In this document: positions 1 to 12,584 of the stretch, one piece after another | Layout: every line of letters begins with the position of its first letter | How positions within the stretch are numbered: position 1 is the first letter of the stretch | DNA from: Octopus vulgaris | Taxonomy: Eukaryota | Length of the DNA stretch: 64,000 bases | Assembly (NCBI GenBank): GCA_951406725.2 | Contig: OX597823.1 | Span: 90,458,001 to 90,522,000, forward strand | Direction: 5' to 3' | Notes under the pieces: model-generated | What the model was told of the DNA's origin: nothing | Seen by the model: the letters and a program-made list of their open reading frames with translations, nothing else | Database searches by the model: none | Program-made: the position numbers and the translations under genes

Positions 1-40
1 TGTGCCACACACGATGTGCCACACACACATATATATATAT

Positions 41-83
<43 letters not shown>

Positions 84-96
84 CACATATATATAT

Positions 97-137
<41 letters not shown>

Positions 138-150
138 CACATATATATAT

Positions 151-193
<43 letters not shown>

Positions 194-235
194 CACATAT
201 ATATATACACACACACATATATATATATATATATA
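1..235. repeat. Compound (TA)n/(CA)n microsatellite, representative of dozens in the window
   Basis: Dinucleotide runs seen directly; the overlapping ORFs are YIYI/HTHT low-complexity artefacts. Confidence 0.95.
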
Positions 236-445
236 CTCTTTTACTCTTTTACTTGTTTCAGTCATTTGACTGCGGCCATGCTGGAGCACCGCCTTTAGTC
301 CTGCAACTCGACTCCGGGACATTCTTTGTAAGCCCAGTACTTATTTTAGCGGTCTCTTTTGCCAAACCGCTAAGTGACGGGGACATAAACACACCAGCAT
401 CGGTTGTCAAGCAATGCTAGGGGGACAAACACAGACACACAGACA
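236..445 (-). mobile_element. SINE family A, 3' half (tail GGTGCTCCAGCATGGCCGCAGTCAAATGACTGAAACAAGTAAAAGA)
   Basis: Similar copies recur at about 7125, 17570, 20010, 29600, 40673 and 60907. Confidence 0.85.
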
Positions 446-580
446 TACACTCACACACACACACATATATATATATATATACACACACATGCATATATAT
501 ATATACACACATATATACACACACACATATATATATATATATATAGATATATATAAATACATACACATATATATACATAC

Positions 581-772
581 AGGGAGAATTCACAAAAAAA
601 CAAAAGACAAAGACAGGTGGTGTAGACAATAAACAGATGTATTAGTATAATGCTTGGGAAGTGAAAAAGTCTTTAACATTTCGAGCCTACACTCTTCCAC
701 AGAAAGGAACACAGAAAGAAACAAGGAGAGAAAATAAAGAATGTGTAGTGGCTAGCGATCTATCATGGTGAA
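581..772 (-). mobile_element. Short non-autonomous element with a degenerate hammerhead motif (671-706)
   Basis: Minus strand CTTT-CTGTGGA-A-GAGT gtag GCTC-GAAA-TG-TT-AAAG; same architecture as 27501-27710 and 57049-57250; sits in a TA repeat. Confidence 0.55.
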
Positions 773-1046
773 TATATATATATACACACATATATACATA
801 CATACATATACATATATATATACACATGCACACATACATAAAAAGTGTATAGTATTTCTTTCCTTTTAATTTTCACACTAAGATTTTCATAATTTCAAAT
901 CTTGGTAAGTAGTTTTAATTCTATCATTTGCTGCTGACCATGTGACTGCACCTGTGCATTTGATTTGAAAACATAAATGTATAAGCATGCAGTACACGTG
1001 GAATTTTGGTGTGTATTTGCTGCATAATTACATATTGTCTTAGGCG

Positions 1047-1116
1047 ATCCCACTGATGAAGTACAGATGACTAATTAATTTATTTGTTCATTAATACAGA
1101 CACTCGAGTTTGGGAT
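1047..1116 (+). ncRNA. Type I hammerhead ribozyme motif with one core mutation
   Basis: ATCCCA-CTGATGA-[stem II]-GACA (for GAAA)-CTCGAG-TT-TGGGAT; perfect 6-bp helix I and palindromic helix III. Confidence 0.65.
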
Positions 1117-1169
1117 TAACTGTAAATAATTATTATTTTCATTCTCTTTGGAGTCACTTCTTTTTCATG

Positions 1170-1712
1170 GTTACTATGGCTGGATGCCCTTTCTAACAAC
1201 AACCACTTAACAAAGTGTACTGGGTCCTTTTTTTACATGTCACCAGCACTTGATTTGGATAGGATCCTATAGAGGAAGTGCCTAAGGATTCAACCCTGCA
1301 TGACCTTCCCAGGAACAGTCAGTGGAGAAGATGGATGGAGAGTCTGAGACTGAAAAGTTTATCAAATTTTTCATGCCAGCTCCTTTCAAACAGTTCAATC
1401 CATGTCAACATGGAAAATGGACATTAAATGATGATCAAGATGATCTATGTGTGTGCGTGTGTGAATGTGTGTGGTGCGAGATGTTAGTATCTCCTTGCCT
1501 TGACACTGCATGATAATCGTAAATGAGTGCCACTGTTTTACAAGCAGTGTTCTTTGTTTCCAATCTGTAGTGAAAACACGTCTGCCCATGGGGAAAATAT
1601 CACCTTGCTTGGAAAGAGCTGAGGTTTGACGACAAGAAGGGCATCTGGCCATAGAAAATCTGCCTCAACAAATTCTCTCCAAGCTTGGAAGAATGGATGT
1701 TAAACAATGATG
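1170..1712. mobile_element. Decayed RTE 3'-tail / V-domain-like SINE fragments
   Basis: GAAGGGCATC(C/T)(A/G)GC motif and ...GGACGTTAAACGATGATG-like tails, as in many other copies here. Confidence 0.55.
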
Positions 1713-2296
1713 GTTGAAGATTAGAGAAAATGGGTTTAAAAATATAAATATACAATCTCATCTTTACTAAATGGAAGTGAATGACCTTCAAATGTCTCTA
1801 GGAAAAACCTAATTTTCTTTTCTCACCAAATTTTTACAATGTTACCATTATCTCTAGTGAATTCACATTGCACTTTTAAGAGTGTGGAAATTGGTTCAAG
1901 AACTTGTTTCTCTGCTGAGGTGTGTGTGTGTGTGTGTGTAGTGGGGGGAACAGTTTATTTTACATTGGGAATTCATTGATGTTATTTATTAAACCAAGAA
2001 ACATTTTATTCTTGCCTGGCAGTTTCAAATTGAGATAATTCAGATAACCGATTATTATCAAATAAAGGAACTCTTTCTTCAGGCAACTCATATTTCTTTT
2101 AGAGAACTATATATGTATTTTTCCATTTCCAAAACCTACTCCAAGCCTGTCCTCCAGAAAGGCAGAGTAACCCACATTAGAAGATAAATTCTAAATTTAA
2201 TCTTTCATAATATTCTCTGAAGTCTTGTCTGTGGAATGTTCTCTCTTTTATTCTTTTAATGGTTTCATTCATACAACTTGTTCTGTTTTAATACAG

Positions 2297-2342
2297 AATT
2301 GCTAACTTGGATTACATTCCTCGAATGCAAGCCAATAATGGA
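2297..2342 (+). other. Candidate small internal exon
   Basis: Pyrimidine tract ending TACAG, 46 nt with two open frames (IANLDYIPRMQANNG or LLTWITFLECKPIM), then a GTGAGT donor; no homology recognised. Confidence 0.25.
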
Positions 2343-2589
2343 GTGAGTATGTGAGCAACTACAATGCAATATATACTCAAAAATGCACGCTGATTAAAAA
2401 AAGAAGCAGAACATAAAGATCCAGGTGCAAATGTATCGTGCCACTTACGAAACAAACCAATATACAAATTAGAAGGCAGTCCAAAGTTCACTTTAAAAGG
2501 ACACGAGTTGAACACACGAAATAAAGCAGAGTCACTAAACTTAGTTCAATACTTAGTCAGAACATAGAATTAAATAAGAGCAATATAAC

Positions 2590-3260
2590 AGGACTACTGC
2601 CATGCTGGAGCACCGCCTTAACTTATTTTCTATCAGTTTTGTTGTCGCTTTATGGCAGGAAGTTGGTCTACGATTGATTTTGTATCAGCTGATCTTCCCT
2701 GGCTGTATCCTCGAATGCTTAGCTGGTCTGGAATTATCGTTAGGAGTTTATCCAATGTTTTTTTAATGTTTCAGTCGAGGTTCCTTTCATATTTCTGGTT
2801 TCTTTAGGTAAGCAGTTGAATAATTGAGGACTTCTAAAACTGGTACAGCAGAGTGTTTTTGTTAACAATTTTGAAGGTGGTATATTTGACAGCTGAGGTC
2901 GACTTTACCATTCATCCTTTCGGGGTCAATAAATTAAGTACCAGTGATGCACTGGGGTCTATGTAATTGACATAATCCGTTTGTCTGTCCTTGTTTGTCC
3001 CCTCTATGTTTAGCCCCTCGTGGATAGTAAAGAAATAGGTATATTTGACAGCTGACATTATCAGTTCATGCATTAAAAATTCTCTCTAATACCAAAGTTT
3101 GGAACATGCCCTTCCAGAGTTTTCCATAAGTATATGATAGTACACTTCTCTTTTTGGCATCCAAGAAAGTAGAGATGCAGAGTTTTCAGACATTCCCAGT
3201 TATTAAAGCTTTCAACCACATTACCGGTGAATGTTCTTCCTAAGCCTTATTTAACACAAC
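2590..3260 (-). pseudogene. Decayed CR1-type LINE 3' fragment, interrupted by a SINE
   Basis: Minus strand reads ...YLWKTLEGHVPNFG...FRSPQLFNCLPKETRN...DKLLTIIPDQ, like the copy at 31020-31530; GGTGCTCCAGCATGGC tail. Confidence 0.7.
2897..3037 (+). mobile_element. 5'-truncated Meta-domain SINE with 18-bp target-site duplication
   Basis: GGTATATTTGACAGCTGA at 2879-2896 and 3038-3055; GTCGACTTT..CATCCTTTCGGGGTC..AAGTACCAG core. Confidence 0.85.
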
Positions 3261-3384
3261 ATTCTGTTGTATATGTAGACATGGTTGTATGTTTGGGAAG
3301 TTTGCTTCCCAGCCATGTGGTTTGGGGTAAGTATCTTCTACATGGGTAACTTTACACCAGTTTTGGGTAAGTATCTTTTACATA

Positions 3385-3620
3385 AGGCGGCGAGCTGGCA
3401 GAAACATTAGCATGCCGGGCAAAATGCTTAGCAGTTTTTCATCTGTCTTTACGTTTTGAGTTCAAATTCCGCCAAGGTCAACTTTGCCTTTCATCCTTTT
3501 GGGGTCGATAAATTAAGTACCAGTTACGCACTGGGTCGATGTAATTGACTTAATCCGTTTGTATGTCCTTGTTTGTCCCCCTCTATGTTTAGCCCCTTGT
3601 GGGCAATAACGAAATAAGAA
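3385..3620 (+). mobile_element. Full Meta-domain SINE nested in a family A SINE head
   Basis: GGCGGCGAGCTGGCAGAAAC head, GAGTTCAAATTCC B-box, Meta-like core; flanked by AAGTAT(C)TTTTACAT-like duplication. Confidence 0.8.
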
Positions 3621-4181
3621 AGTATTTTACATGGCCCTTGGTCAATCAAAACCTTGTGAGTGTGGATTTCATAGATGGAAACTGAAAGAAGCTTGTGATG
3701 CATGCATGTACATGTGTGTCATATTTCTTTTTCTTTTATTCTTTTACTTGTTTCAGGCAATGGCCATGCTGGAGCACTGCTTTCTTCTTAACATTTTTCT
3801 TTTACACATTCACATATTGTGGATGTTATTTCAGTTCACTTTTGAATCAAACCTGTTTTGGGTTCCTTCATAAAGCTGTGTTAGCATAAACTTTTGGATA
3901 AATTCGTTTGGCTGGTATTTTGTACTGCTTTCCTATATCTAAATAAGCTAGCACAATAGAAACAATCATTGGTAATGTATGGTGTAATCATAACACACAT
4001 GATCTGGCAATTGTTCATGTTCAAACATAGAGTACCCTATGCAAGCCAATCCAATTACCGTCTTATCCAAGCATGAAACTTGAAGTAGTTCATGTATAAC
4101 CTGTAGTCATTAAACTGGACTGAATATATTTTTGCTGATCCTATTAACAAACGAACACTATTTTATATGTACACACAATAT

Positions 4182-4237
<56 letters not shown>

Positions 4238-5045
4238 ATATATATATATATATATATCTTTATATATATATATTAAGCTATGTGTGTGTGTATATTTATA
4301 TATATATGTTGTAAGCTGTGTGTGTGTGCATGTATATGTACATACATACATATATATATATTATAATCTGTGTGTGTATATATATATATATATATTTAAA
4401 AAATATATGCACAGACAATGATGTTATGTTGAAGCAGATTAGTTAAATTTCATTTAAGTGGATAAAAATCAAATTATTTTGAAAAATATACTGACATATA
4501 AACATACAAACCGCATTCATATATAAGCACACACACACACACACACACACACAGACATGCACAGAGACACACACACAGAGACACACACACAGAGCGATAT
4601 ACATTTGAATTGAAATTTCATTAAAAAACAAAATAATACCAAGATTAAACTAAAACCCTGCAAACAATACCATAAGAGAAGAATGCAATAAAATACAACA
4701 ACAACAACAATTACAGTATTTTTATGAAGACTGACAACAACAACAACAACAACAACAAGAAACCCATCAGAAATAACCTGCTGTATTAACATCAGTGGTG
4801 GTGGAGGTGGTGGTGGTGGTAATGGTGGTGATGATGATGGTGGTGGTGGTGGTGGTGGTGGAACGCAACAGAGGTGAAATAAAGGAAGTAAAATGGCTGC
4901 TTATTGCATTAGTACATCAGCTGCATTAGTAAATCATATTAGTGTTGCCGCTATATTAATAATGGAGGGTGACAAAGACTAACAGTTAGACACTTTCATA
5001 CATTGATTTATACTCACTGACACACTGACGTATACACACACACAG

Positions 5046-5096
<51 letters not shown>

Positions 5097-5166
5097 CCAG
5101 CACACTTAACAATATGTGCATGTCTGTGTAACATATGTGAGTGTGTCTGTGTGTGCACATATATTC

Positions 5167-5199
<33 letters not shown>

Positions 5200-5547
5200 T
5201 ATATATACATAGATATATTGTATGCATGTGCGATGTGTGTGTGTATATCTATATAAGTATAAGTATGTGTGCATATATGTGTATGTTTGTGCATATCTAT
5301 GTATGTATGTGTGTATATATATGTATGTATATACACACATGCATACGCATATATTCTTCATGAATATTTTATACACACACACATACGCACTACTATATCT
5401 ATCTATCTATCAATTTATCTCACCACCACCACCACCACCACCACCATCATCATCATCAACATGTAGTGCCTGTTTCCCATGCTGGCACAAGTTGGACAGT
5501 TTGACAAGAGCTGGCAAGCCAGTGGTAGGTTGTGCCAAGCTCTGCTA

Positions 5548-5803
5548 CATTAGTTCTCAACAGGGGCCCACAGAACCCTTTGGGGTCTCTGTAAGGTTTT
5601 GTGATTAAAATTTAATTTGCAATAAATTGCTTATACTCCTAAAATGCATAAAATATTCTAACAATTATTTTTTTATACAATTCCTAATATTTAATTATAA
5701 AAATATAACAGGAATTTTTTAAAACATCGACTGGCTATAGGGGTCCCCTTGAATAAAATAGGGCAAAAGAGATTGATGAGTATAAAATGGCTGAGAACCA
5801 CTG
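5548..5803. mobile_element. hAT (Charlie-like) MITE
   Basis: Termini resemble CAGTGGTTCTCAA...TGAGAACCACTG. Confidence 0.55.
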
Positions 5804-6075
5804 CCCTAAGAGCAGGGTTTGGATGGAATTTGTTGAGGCAGATTTGCTTTGGCTGGATGCTCTTTCTGTCACTAACCTTCGTCTGTTTCCAAGCAAAGTA
5901 ATATTCCTCCATACCCTAACATAATTTCCATGGAAGACTAGGAATGAACAACATGGCTTTTAAGATGGTGATGTTCATCACATAATATATATAGACAAGG
6001 GGTCACATGCACTGATCCACATTCATATACATACACACACACACACATCTATCTATCTATATCTATCTATATATA

Positions 6076-6113
<38 letters not shown>

Positions 6114-6119
6114 TATATA

Positions 6120-6512
6120 TCTGTATATATAAGAGGCAGGATGTGTGTGTGTACATGAATGTAATTTATGCACATCCCCAAATTAGCACGCAAGTTGCTT
6201 CAATTTTAGGAGGACATTCGTTATGACACTAGCTGTATGTTCGTCAACTTATTTTTCCCAGAGGCACCAGCGAATAGCAATAAAAATTAATTTTCAACCA
6301 AGACTTTTAACAATTTTCAAGTCGGAGGAATCACCATTGTTTGCTAACAGGAGTTAAGTCTCCTTCTAGCGACGAGTAAGTTTTTGTTAAGACTTTTGTT
6401 GTTTTTTATCATCGAGGAAAAAAGTGTTTTGCAACACACACACACGAACATGTATGCCTACAAAAGACGTATGCAATAGGTGTATAAGTGTATGTACGTA
6501 TGTGTGTGTTGC

Positions 6513-6564
<52 letters not shown>

Positions 6565-6689
6565 AAACCAATTTCAACGGATTACACTCAAATTTGATAT
6601 CGATGTTACTTAGCTTGGTTTGAAATAAAGAACTTGATTAGCTTCAAAATCCTAACTTAAACCCGGGCAAAGCCAGGTTATACTGCTAG
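6120..6689 (+). mobile_element. Non-autonomous Helitron-like element
   Basis: 5' TC-TGTATATATAA start; 3' GC-rich hairpin AACCCGGGCAAAGCCAGGTT followed by CTAG|T at 6686-6690. Confidence 0.6.
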
Positions 6690-6702
6690 TATATAAATAT
6701 AT

Positions 6703-7120
6703 ATGACCTCACAGAGGCAATGACAAGAGACTGAGACCTTTGGAGGTATGCTGTCATTGAGAAGACCCAGCAACTGAAGTGAGATCATAGCCACGCATGT
6801 CCGGCCCAGTTAAGAGTACACCCGATGCATTGGGTGATATGATATGCTTGAGAAGACCTGTTGACCCAAGTAAAACCAATATTGTAGCTGGGGCCAGTGC
6901 TCCCTGACTGGCTCCCATGCTGGAGGCATGTAAAAAGCACCCACTACACTCACGGAGTGGTTGGTGTTAGGAAGGGCATCCAGCTGTAGAAACCTTGCCA
7001 GATCAGATTGGAGCCTGGTGCAGCCTTCTGGCTCTCCAGACCTCAGTCAAACTGTCCAACCCATGCCAGCGTGGAAAATGGATGTTAAACGATGATGATT
7101 ATAATGATGATGATGATGAT
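6703..7120 (+). mobile_element. RTE LINE 3' end (ORF C-terminus, 3' UTR, (GAT)n tail)
   Basis: LTEAMTRD..LWRYAVIEKT motif, then AAAAGCACCCACTACACTC..GGAAGGGCATCCAGCTGTAGAAA UTR. Confidence 0.75.
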
Positions 7121-7124
7121 ATAT

Positions 7125-7545
7125 ATTCTTTTATTCTGTCGTTCTTTTACTTGTATCAGTCATTTGACTGTGGCCATGCTGGAGTACCACCTTTAGTTGA
7201 GCAAATCGATCCCAAGACTTATTCTTCATAAGCCTAGTACTTATTCTATTGGTCTCTTTTGCCAAACTGCTAACTTACAGGGACGTAAACACACCAGCAT
7301 CAGTTGTTAAGCAATGTTGGGGTAACAAACACAGACACACAAACACATACACACATGCATGCATACACACACACACACACAACATGCTTCTTTCAGTTTC
7401 TGTCTACCAAATCCACTCACAAGGCTTTGGTCAGCCTGACGCTATAGTAGAAGACACTTGCCCAAGGTGCCATGCAGTGGAACTGAACCTGGAACCATGT
7501 GGTTGGGAAGCAAACTTCTTACTACATAGCATTGCCAGCACCAGT
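7125..7545 (-). mobile_element. Full SINE family A (tRNA-like head, CORE-like segment, internal microsatellite, CR1-type tail)
   Basis: Head GGTTCCAGGTTCAGTTCCACTG..GGCACCTTGGGCAAGTGTCTTC on the minus strand. Confidence 0.85.
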
Positions 7546-7945
7546 TATATACACACATCATATATATGTGTGTGTGTGTGAGAGAGAGAGAGATAGAGGG
7601 AGAGAGAGAGAAAGAGGGAGAGAGAGAGAGGGTTTTTTTCCAGTTCCTGTCCACCAAATTCTTATTGTAATGTAGTGGACAATCTACAGCTGTTGTCAAT
7701 GATATTAATTGACAGAGTCCAACCAGGGAAATTGAACCTCAAACCCATGTGGTTTTGCAATGACTTTAAGCACACATCAATGCCTGTAATTACACACACA
7801 AACATCCGCACACATATTTGCATACATATATATATATGTGTGTGTGTGTGTGTGTATGCCTGCAGGTATATATTTATGTGTCTATGTGTATGCATGTATA
7901 CATATATCTATATTTCTATATACAATATTGACACCCACACATCCG

Positions 7946-8010
<65 letters not shown>

Positions 8011-10074
8011 GAGATTATGCCTACATTAACACTCTTAAGCACAAATACTCTAAATCCATACATACATATATATTAACATAGACACAATCATACATATATG
8101 CACTCATTCATTTATGCACACATACACACAACTATACACTCGAATATACACTCATAGATAGATAGATACATACATACATACATACATGCATACATACACA
8201 CACACACACATGCACATATATATATAAACATACGTACAAACCTATGACTGTCCTGATATGCAAACAAAATTTCTTCGCTGCAAATGAATAGAAAATTCGA
8301 TTTCGTTGTCAATGTGTTGTAACCAATTCCATGGGGGACAGAATGGTTGTAAATGAATGGCTTGTAAATGTAGCAGGAGGAATCGGTTAATAACAAAAAG
8401 ACTAGCAGACAAATCAGGTTTTCGTCACAGTTTTCATATAAATTTTAATGATGCTACCAAAATCTCATGGGCCGCTCTGAAGTGATCAATTGAAACGCTA
8501 GGTTCCACGAAATCTGTTTAAAGTCTTTATGCGGTGAATTTGAGGGTTGGTTTGGGCTGTGTGTTTATTGGTGTGTTCTGTGACTGTGTGATGTTCTGTT
8601 TTATTTTAGTTTTGTATTTTTTTTTAAATATGTTAGGAGGTATGCATATATGTATGTCTGGGGTTTGTGTGCATAGGTGTGTTTGTGTGTGTCTATGTGT
8701 GTGTGTGTGTGTGTGGAGAGTATTTAAGCAATACACTTGGTTTGACTTCTCTAATTGGCAAACGAGTATGTTTATTTAATTGTGTGTGTATGCATGAGAG
8801 CATGTATGTGTGTGTGTGTGTCTGTATGTGTGTGTGTGTATGTATGTATGACAGCATGTATGTGTGTATATGTATTAATGTGTGCACGTATGAAGGTGTA
8901 TGTGTGAATATGAATGTATGTGTGCATGCATGTATGAGAGTGTATATATGCATGAATGTGTGAATGTGTGTGCATGGGTATATGTATGTGCGTGTGTATG
9001 CAAGTGTGTATATGTGTATATGATTGAATCTGAGCGTGTTTATGTGGGTGTATGTGTGTGTGTATATGCGTTAACGTGCATGTGTATAAGTATGTGTATG
9101 TACATGTGTGTATGAGTGTGCGTTTGTGTGTGTGGGGGGGCGGGTTTGCATATGTGTGTGTCTATGTGTGTGTTGTGGTGTCATATTAGGAACAGTCAGA
9201 CAAATAGACAGAGAGGGAGAAAGATATGAAAGACAAACACAAAGAAATTAATAGCTGGGTAGGTATACAGAAAGAAAGACAGGTACCCGTCCACCTAGGG
9301 AGGTACACAACTAACTAGCGCACCTGATGAATAGGAAGGTTGTTAAGAAGGAAAAAAAAGCCATCTATGGATGTCAGAGTTATGTCCCCTCCCTTTGATA
9401 AAATTTATCATTAGCATTAATGAGTTTCATTTAAATATCAAGTGTATATCCATTTAACTTTGAGTTCACCGTGTTAAGTATGTTAATCCCCACTTAACTA
9501 TGTACTGTCTTTGCAAATGGCATACCTGGGAAAACTTTTGCATGTTATAACTTAAATTCGTTAATCTATGAATGTCTTTTGGTTTTACTGGAATCCTATG
9601 TATTTTGACAATCATGCTAATGTCTTGTAGGTATGAGTAAGATTATGCTGTGCTGAAGAAGTCTAATAAAAAGGGAACATGCCTTGAGTTGTCACTATAT
9701 TTACCAAAGGTTAGGCAGACACCATTCTATTTTCAATCAATTTGAATTTCTGTTTTCTCCATTGCTGTTGATGATCATTTTCATTAATATTAATGATTGA
9801 TTTTTCTCATTACAGTTGTGATTTTAATTAGTCCTTTACTCACTTTTATTTTTTACTTGTTCCAGTAATTTGAATGTGGCCATACTGGGGCCATGCCTAA
9901 AAGAGTTTCAAATGAACATGTCAGTCCAAATGCATATTTGGCACTCACTTTTATTGGTCTCTTTCTGTTGAACCACAAAGTCATAGGGATGTAAACAAAC
10001 CTACAATGGTTGTCAGGCAGTGCACTGGAGAAACACAGAGAGAGACACACACAAACACACAAATATATATATTG

Positions 10075-10268
10075 TAGGTGCAGGTGTGACAGTGTGGTAA
10101 GTAGTTTGCTTTCCAACCACATGGTTCTGGGTTCAGTCCCACTGTCTGGCACCTTGGGCAAGTGTCTTCTACTACAGGATCAGGCCAATCAAAGCCTTGT
10201 GAATGGATTTAGTAAATGGAAACTGAAAGAAGCCTGTTATATATATATATGTGTGGGGGTGCATATTA

Positions 10269-10328
<60 letters not shown>

Positions 10329-10530
10329 ATGTGTGCATTTGTGTTTGCTCCTCCACCCACCATTTGATGTAAACATGCAAACTGTCCCCGTAAATTAGCA
10401 GTTTGGCAAAGGGGCCAGACTTTAAAAAAATAGGTTCTGGAGTTTATTCATTCAACTAAAGACTCTTCAAAGCAGTGCCCCAGCATGGCCACAGTCTAAT
10501 GACTGAAATGAGTAAAAGGAAAAAGATATA
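10075..10530 (+). mobile_element. Full SINE family A
   Basis: GTGTGGTAAGTAG A-box-like and GGTTCAGTCCC B-box-like motifs, (GT)n, CAGCATGGCCACAGTC tail. Confidence 0.85.
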
Positions 10531-10771
10531 CAGAAACACACACACACACATTTCACATACATACATATACATGTGCATACATACGTACATTCATACATAC
10601 ATACATACATACATACATACATACATAACATACATACATACATACATACATACATGCATACATATATACATATAGAGAGAGAGATAAGAAGAGAGAGAAA
10701 ATGATAAATAGAAAAGATAAATAGAGAGAAAGAGAAAGTGGTAACTGAAGCTAATAGATAGGGAGATATAA

Positions 10772-10807
<36 letters not shown>

Positions 10808-11174
10808 CATCATTACAAAAAGAACAAGTGCAATGTGTAAGAAAGTGGGAAAGATGTAGAGAAAGACAGACACACACATACACACACACACACACACAGA
10901 CCTTGTTGCATTGTGAAAGGAAGGGTTTTAGATTCCCCTTATGCCATAAGGCAAGAACATCTGTTCACTGCCCTCCAGGGTTCCTTCAGTTATATTTAAC
11001 ACATTACGGGGCACAAAACAACGTCTGCTGGGGATTCATTTTTCAGTTTTTCCAGAATAGGAAGGAGACCTTAATTTCATTGGTTAAACTAAGACATAAT
11101 CGGGGACATGAAATTTAATGGTGAAGTTCGTTATTGTGGGAAGCCTTTCTTAATATCTACCATATTGGGTCAGA

Positions 11175-12385
11175 CAGGGAACTGGTGGAATCGCTCACAC
11201 ATCAAGCAGAATTTTTGATGGTATTTCTTCCATCTTTACATTCTGAGTTCAAATTCCACTGAGGTTGACTTTGCATTTCATCTTTTTGGGGTTGATAAAA
11301 TAAGTACCATTTGAGAACTGGCGGGGGTCAATCTAATTGATTTAGCCCCTTCTCTAAAATTTCTGGCTTGTGCTAAAATTTGAAACCAAAATATATCATG
11401 GCTGTGAGCTGTTTTCTTTAACCAGGAGCCGAAACTTTTAATTCTTTGAGGAAAGAGGAGAAAGAGAGTGAGAGTGAGTGAGTGAGAGAGAGAAAGAAAG
11501 AAATCAGGGAGAGATTGAAGGGAGAGAGAGAAGGGACCAGGCTCAGCTCAGGTCACAAAGAGCCAAAGACAGAGAGGGAGGAGAGAGAGAGGGGAGAGAG
11601 AGAGAGAGAAATCGGGGAGAAGCAGAGAGAGAATGGAGGGAGAGAGAGAGGGGGACAAGCTCAGTTCAGGTCATAAAGAGCCCAAGAGAGAGACAGAGAG
11701 AAAGAGAAAGAGAGAAATTCGCATAAAACAAATATACACTGGCAGAATCATTAGCATGGTGGGCACAATGCTTGGTGGTATTTTGTCTGTCCTTATGTTC
11801 TGAGTTCAAATTTGGATGAAGTCAACTTTGCCTTTCATCCTTTTTTTTATTATTTCCTTACTACCCACAAGCGGCTAAACACAGAGGGGACAAACAAGGA
11901 CAGACAAAGGGATTAAGTTGATTACATCGACCTCAGTATATAACTGGTACTTATTTAATCAACCCCGAAAGGATGAAAGGCAAAGCCAACCTAGGCGAAA
12001 TTTGAACTCAGAATATAACGGCAGACGAAATACCTATTTCTTTACTACCCACAAGCGGCTAAACACAGAGGGTACAAACAAGGACAGACAAATGGATTAA
12101 GTCGATTACATCGACCCCATTGCATAACTGGTACTTAATTTATCGACCCCGAAAGGATGAAAGGCAAAATCGACCTCAGCGGAATTTGAACTCAGAACGT
12201 AACGGCAGATGAAATACCACTAAGCATTTCATCCAGCATTTCTGCCAGCTCACTGCCTGTCTCCCAGCTTGCTGCCCTTTCATCCTTTTGGGGCCAATAA
12301 AATAAATAGCAGTTTAACATTGAGGTCAATGTACTCGACTTTCCTGCTCCCCCAAAACTGCTGGCCTTGTGCCAAAATTTAAAAG
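11175..12385. mobile_element. Cluster of Meta-domain SINEs, including a tandem pair on the minus strand at 11845-12260
   Basis: Repeated ACCCCGAAAGGATGAAAGGCAAA..GAATTTGAACTCAGAA units. Confidence 0.8.
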
Positions 12386-12399
12386 TAATATATATCATC

Positions 12400-12545
12400 A
12401 TTATTTACATTATTTACGTTTGACGGATATTTGTCCTCATCTTGTTTGTTGCTAACACAATGTTTCGGCTGATATACCCTCCAGCCTTCATCAGGTGTCT
12501 CGGGGAAATTTCGAACCTGGATTCTCATTTCTAAGGTTTTTTTAA

Positions 12546-12584
<39 letters not shown>

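Noticed and set aside
9315-9340. CTGATGA after GCAC
   Set aside because: No downstream helix II, GAAA or helix I partner
9648-9725. GTG-CTGAAGA-AGTCTAAT...GTTAGGC possible hammerhead
   Set aside because: GAAA and helix III are missing; too degenerate to call
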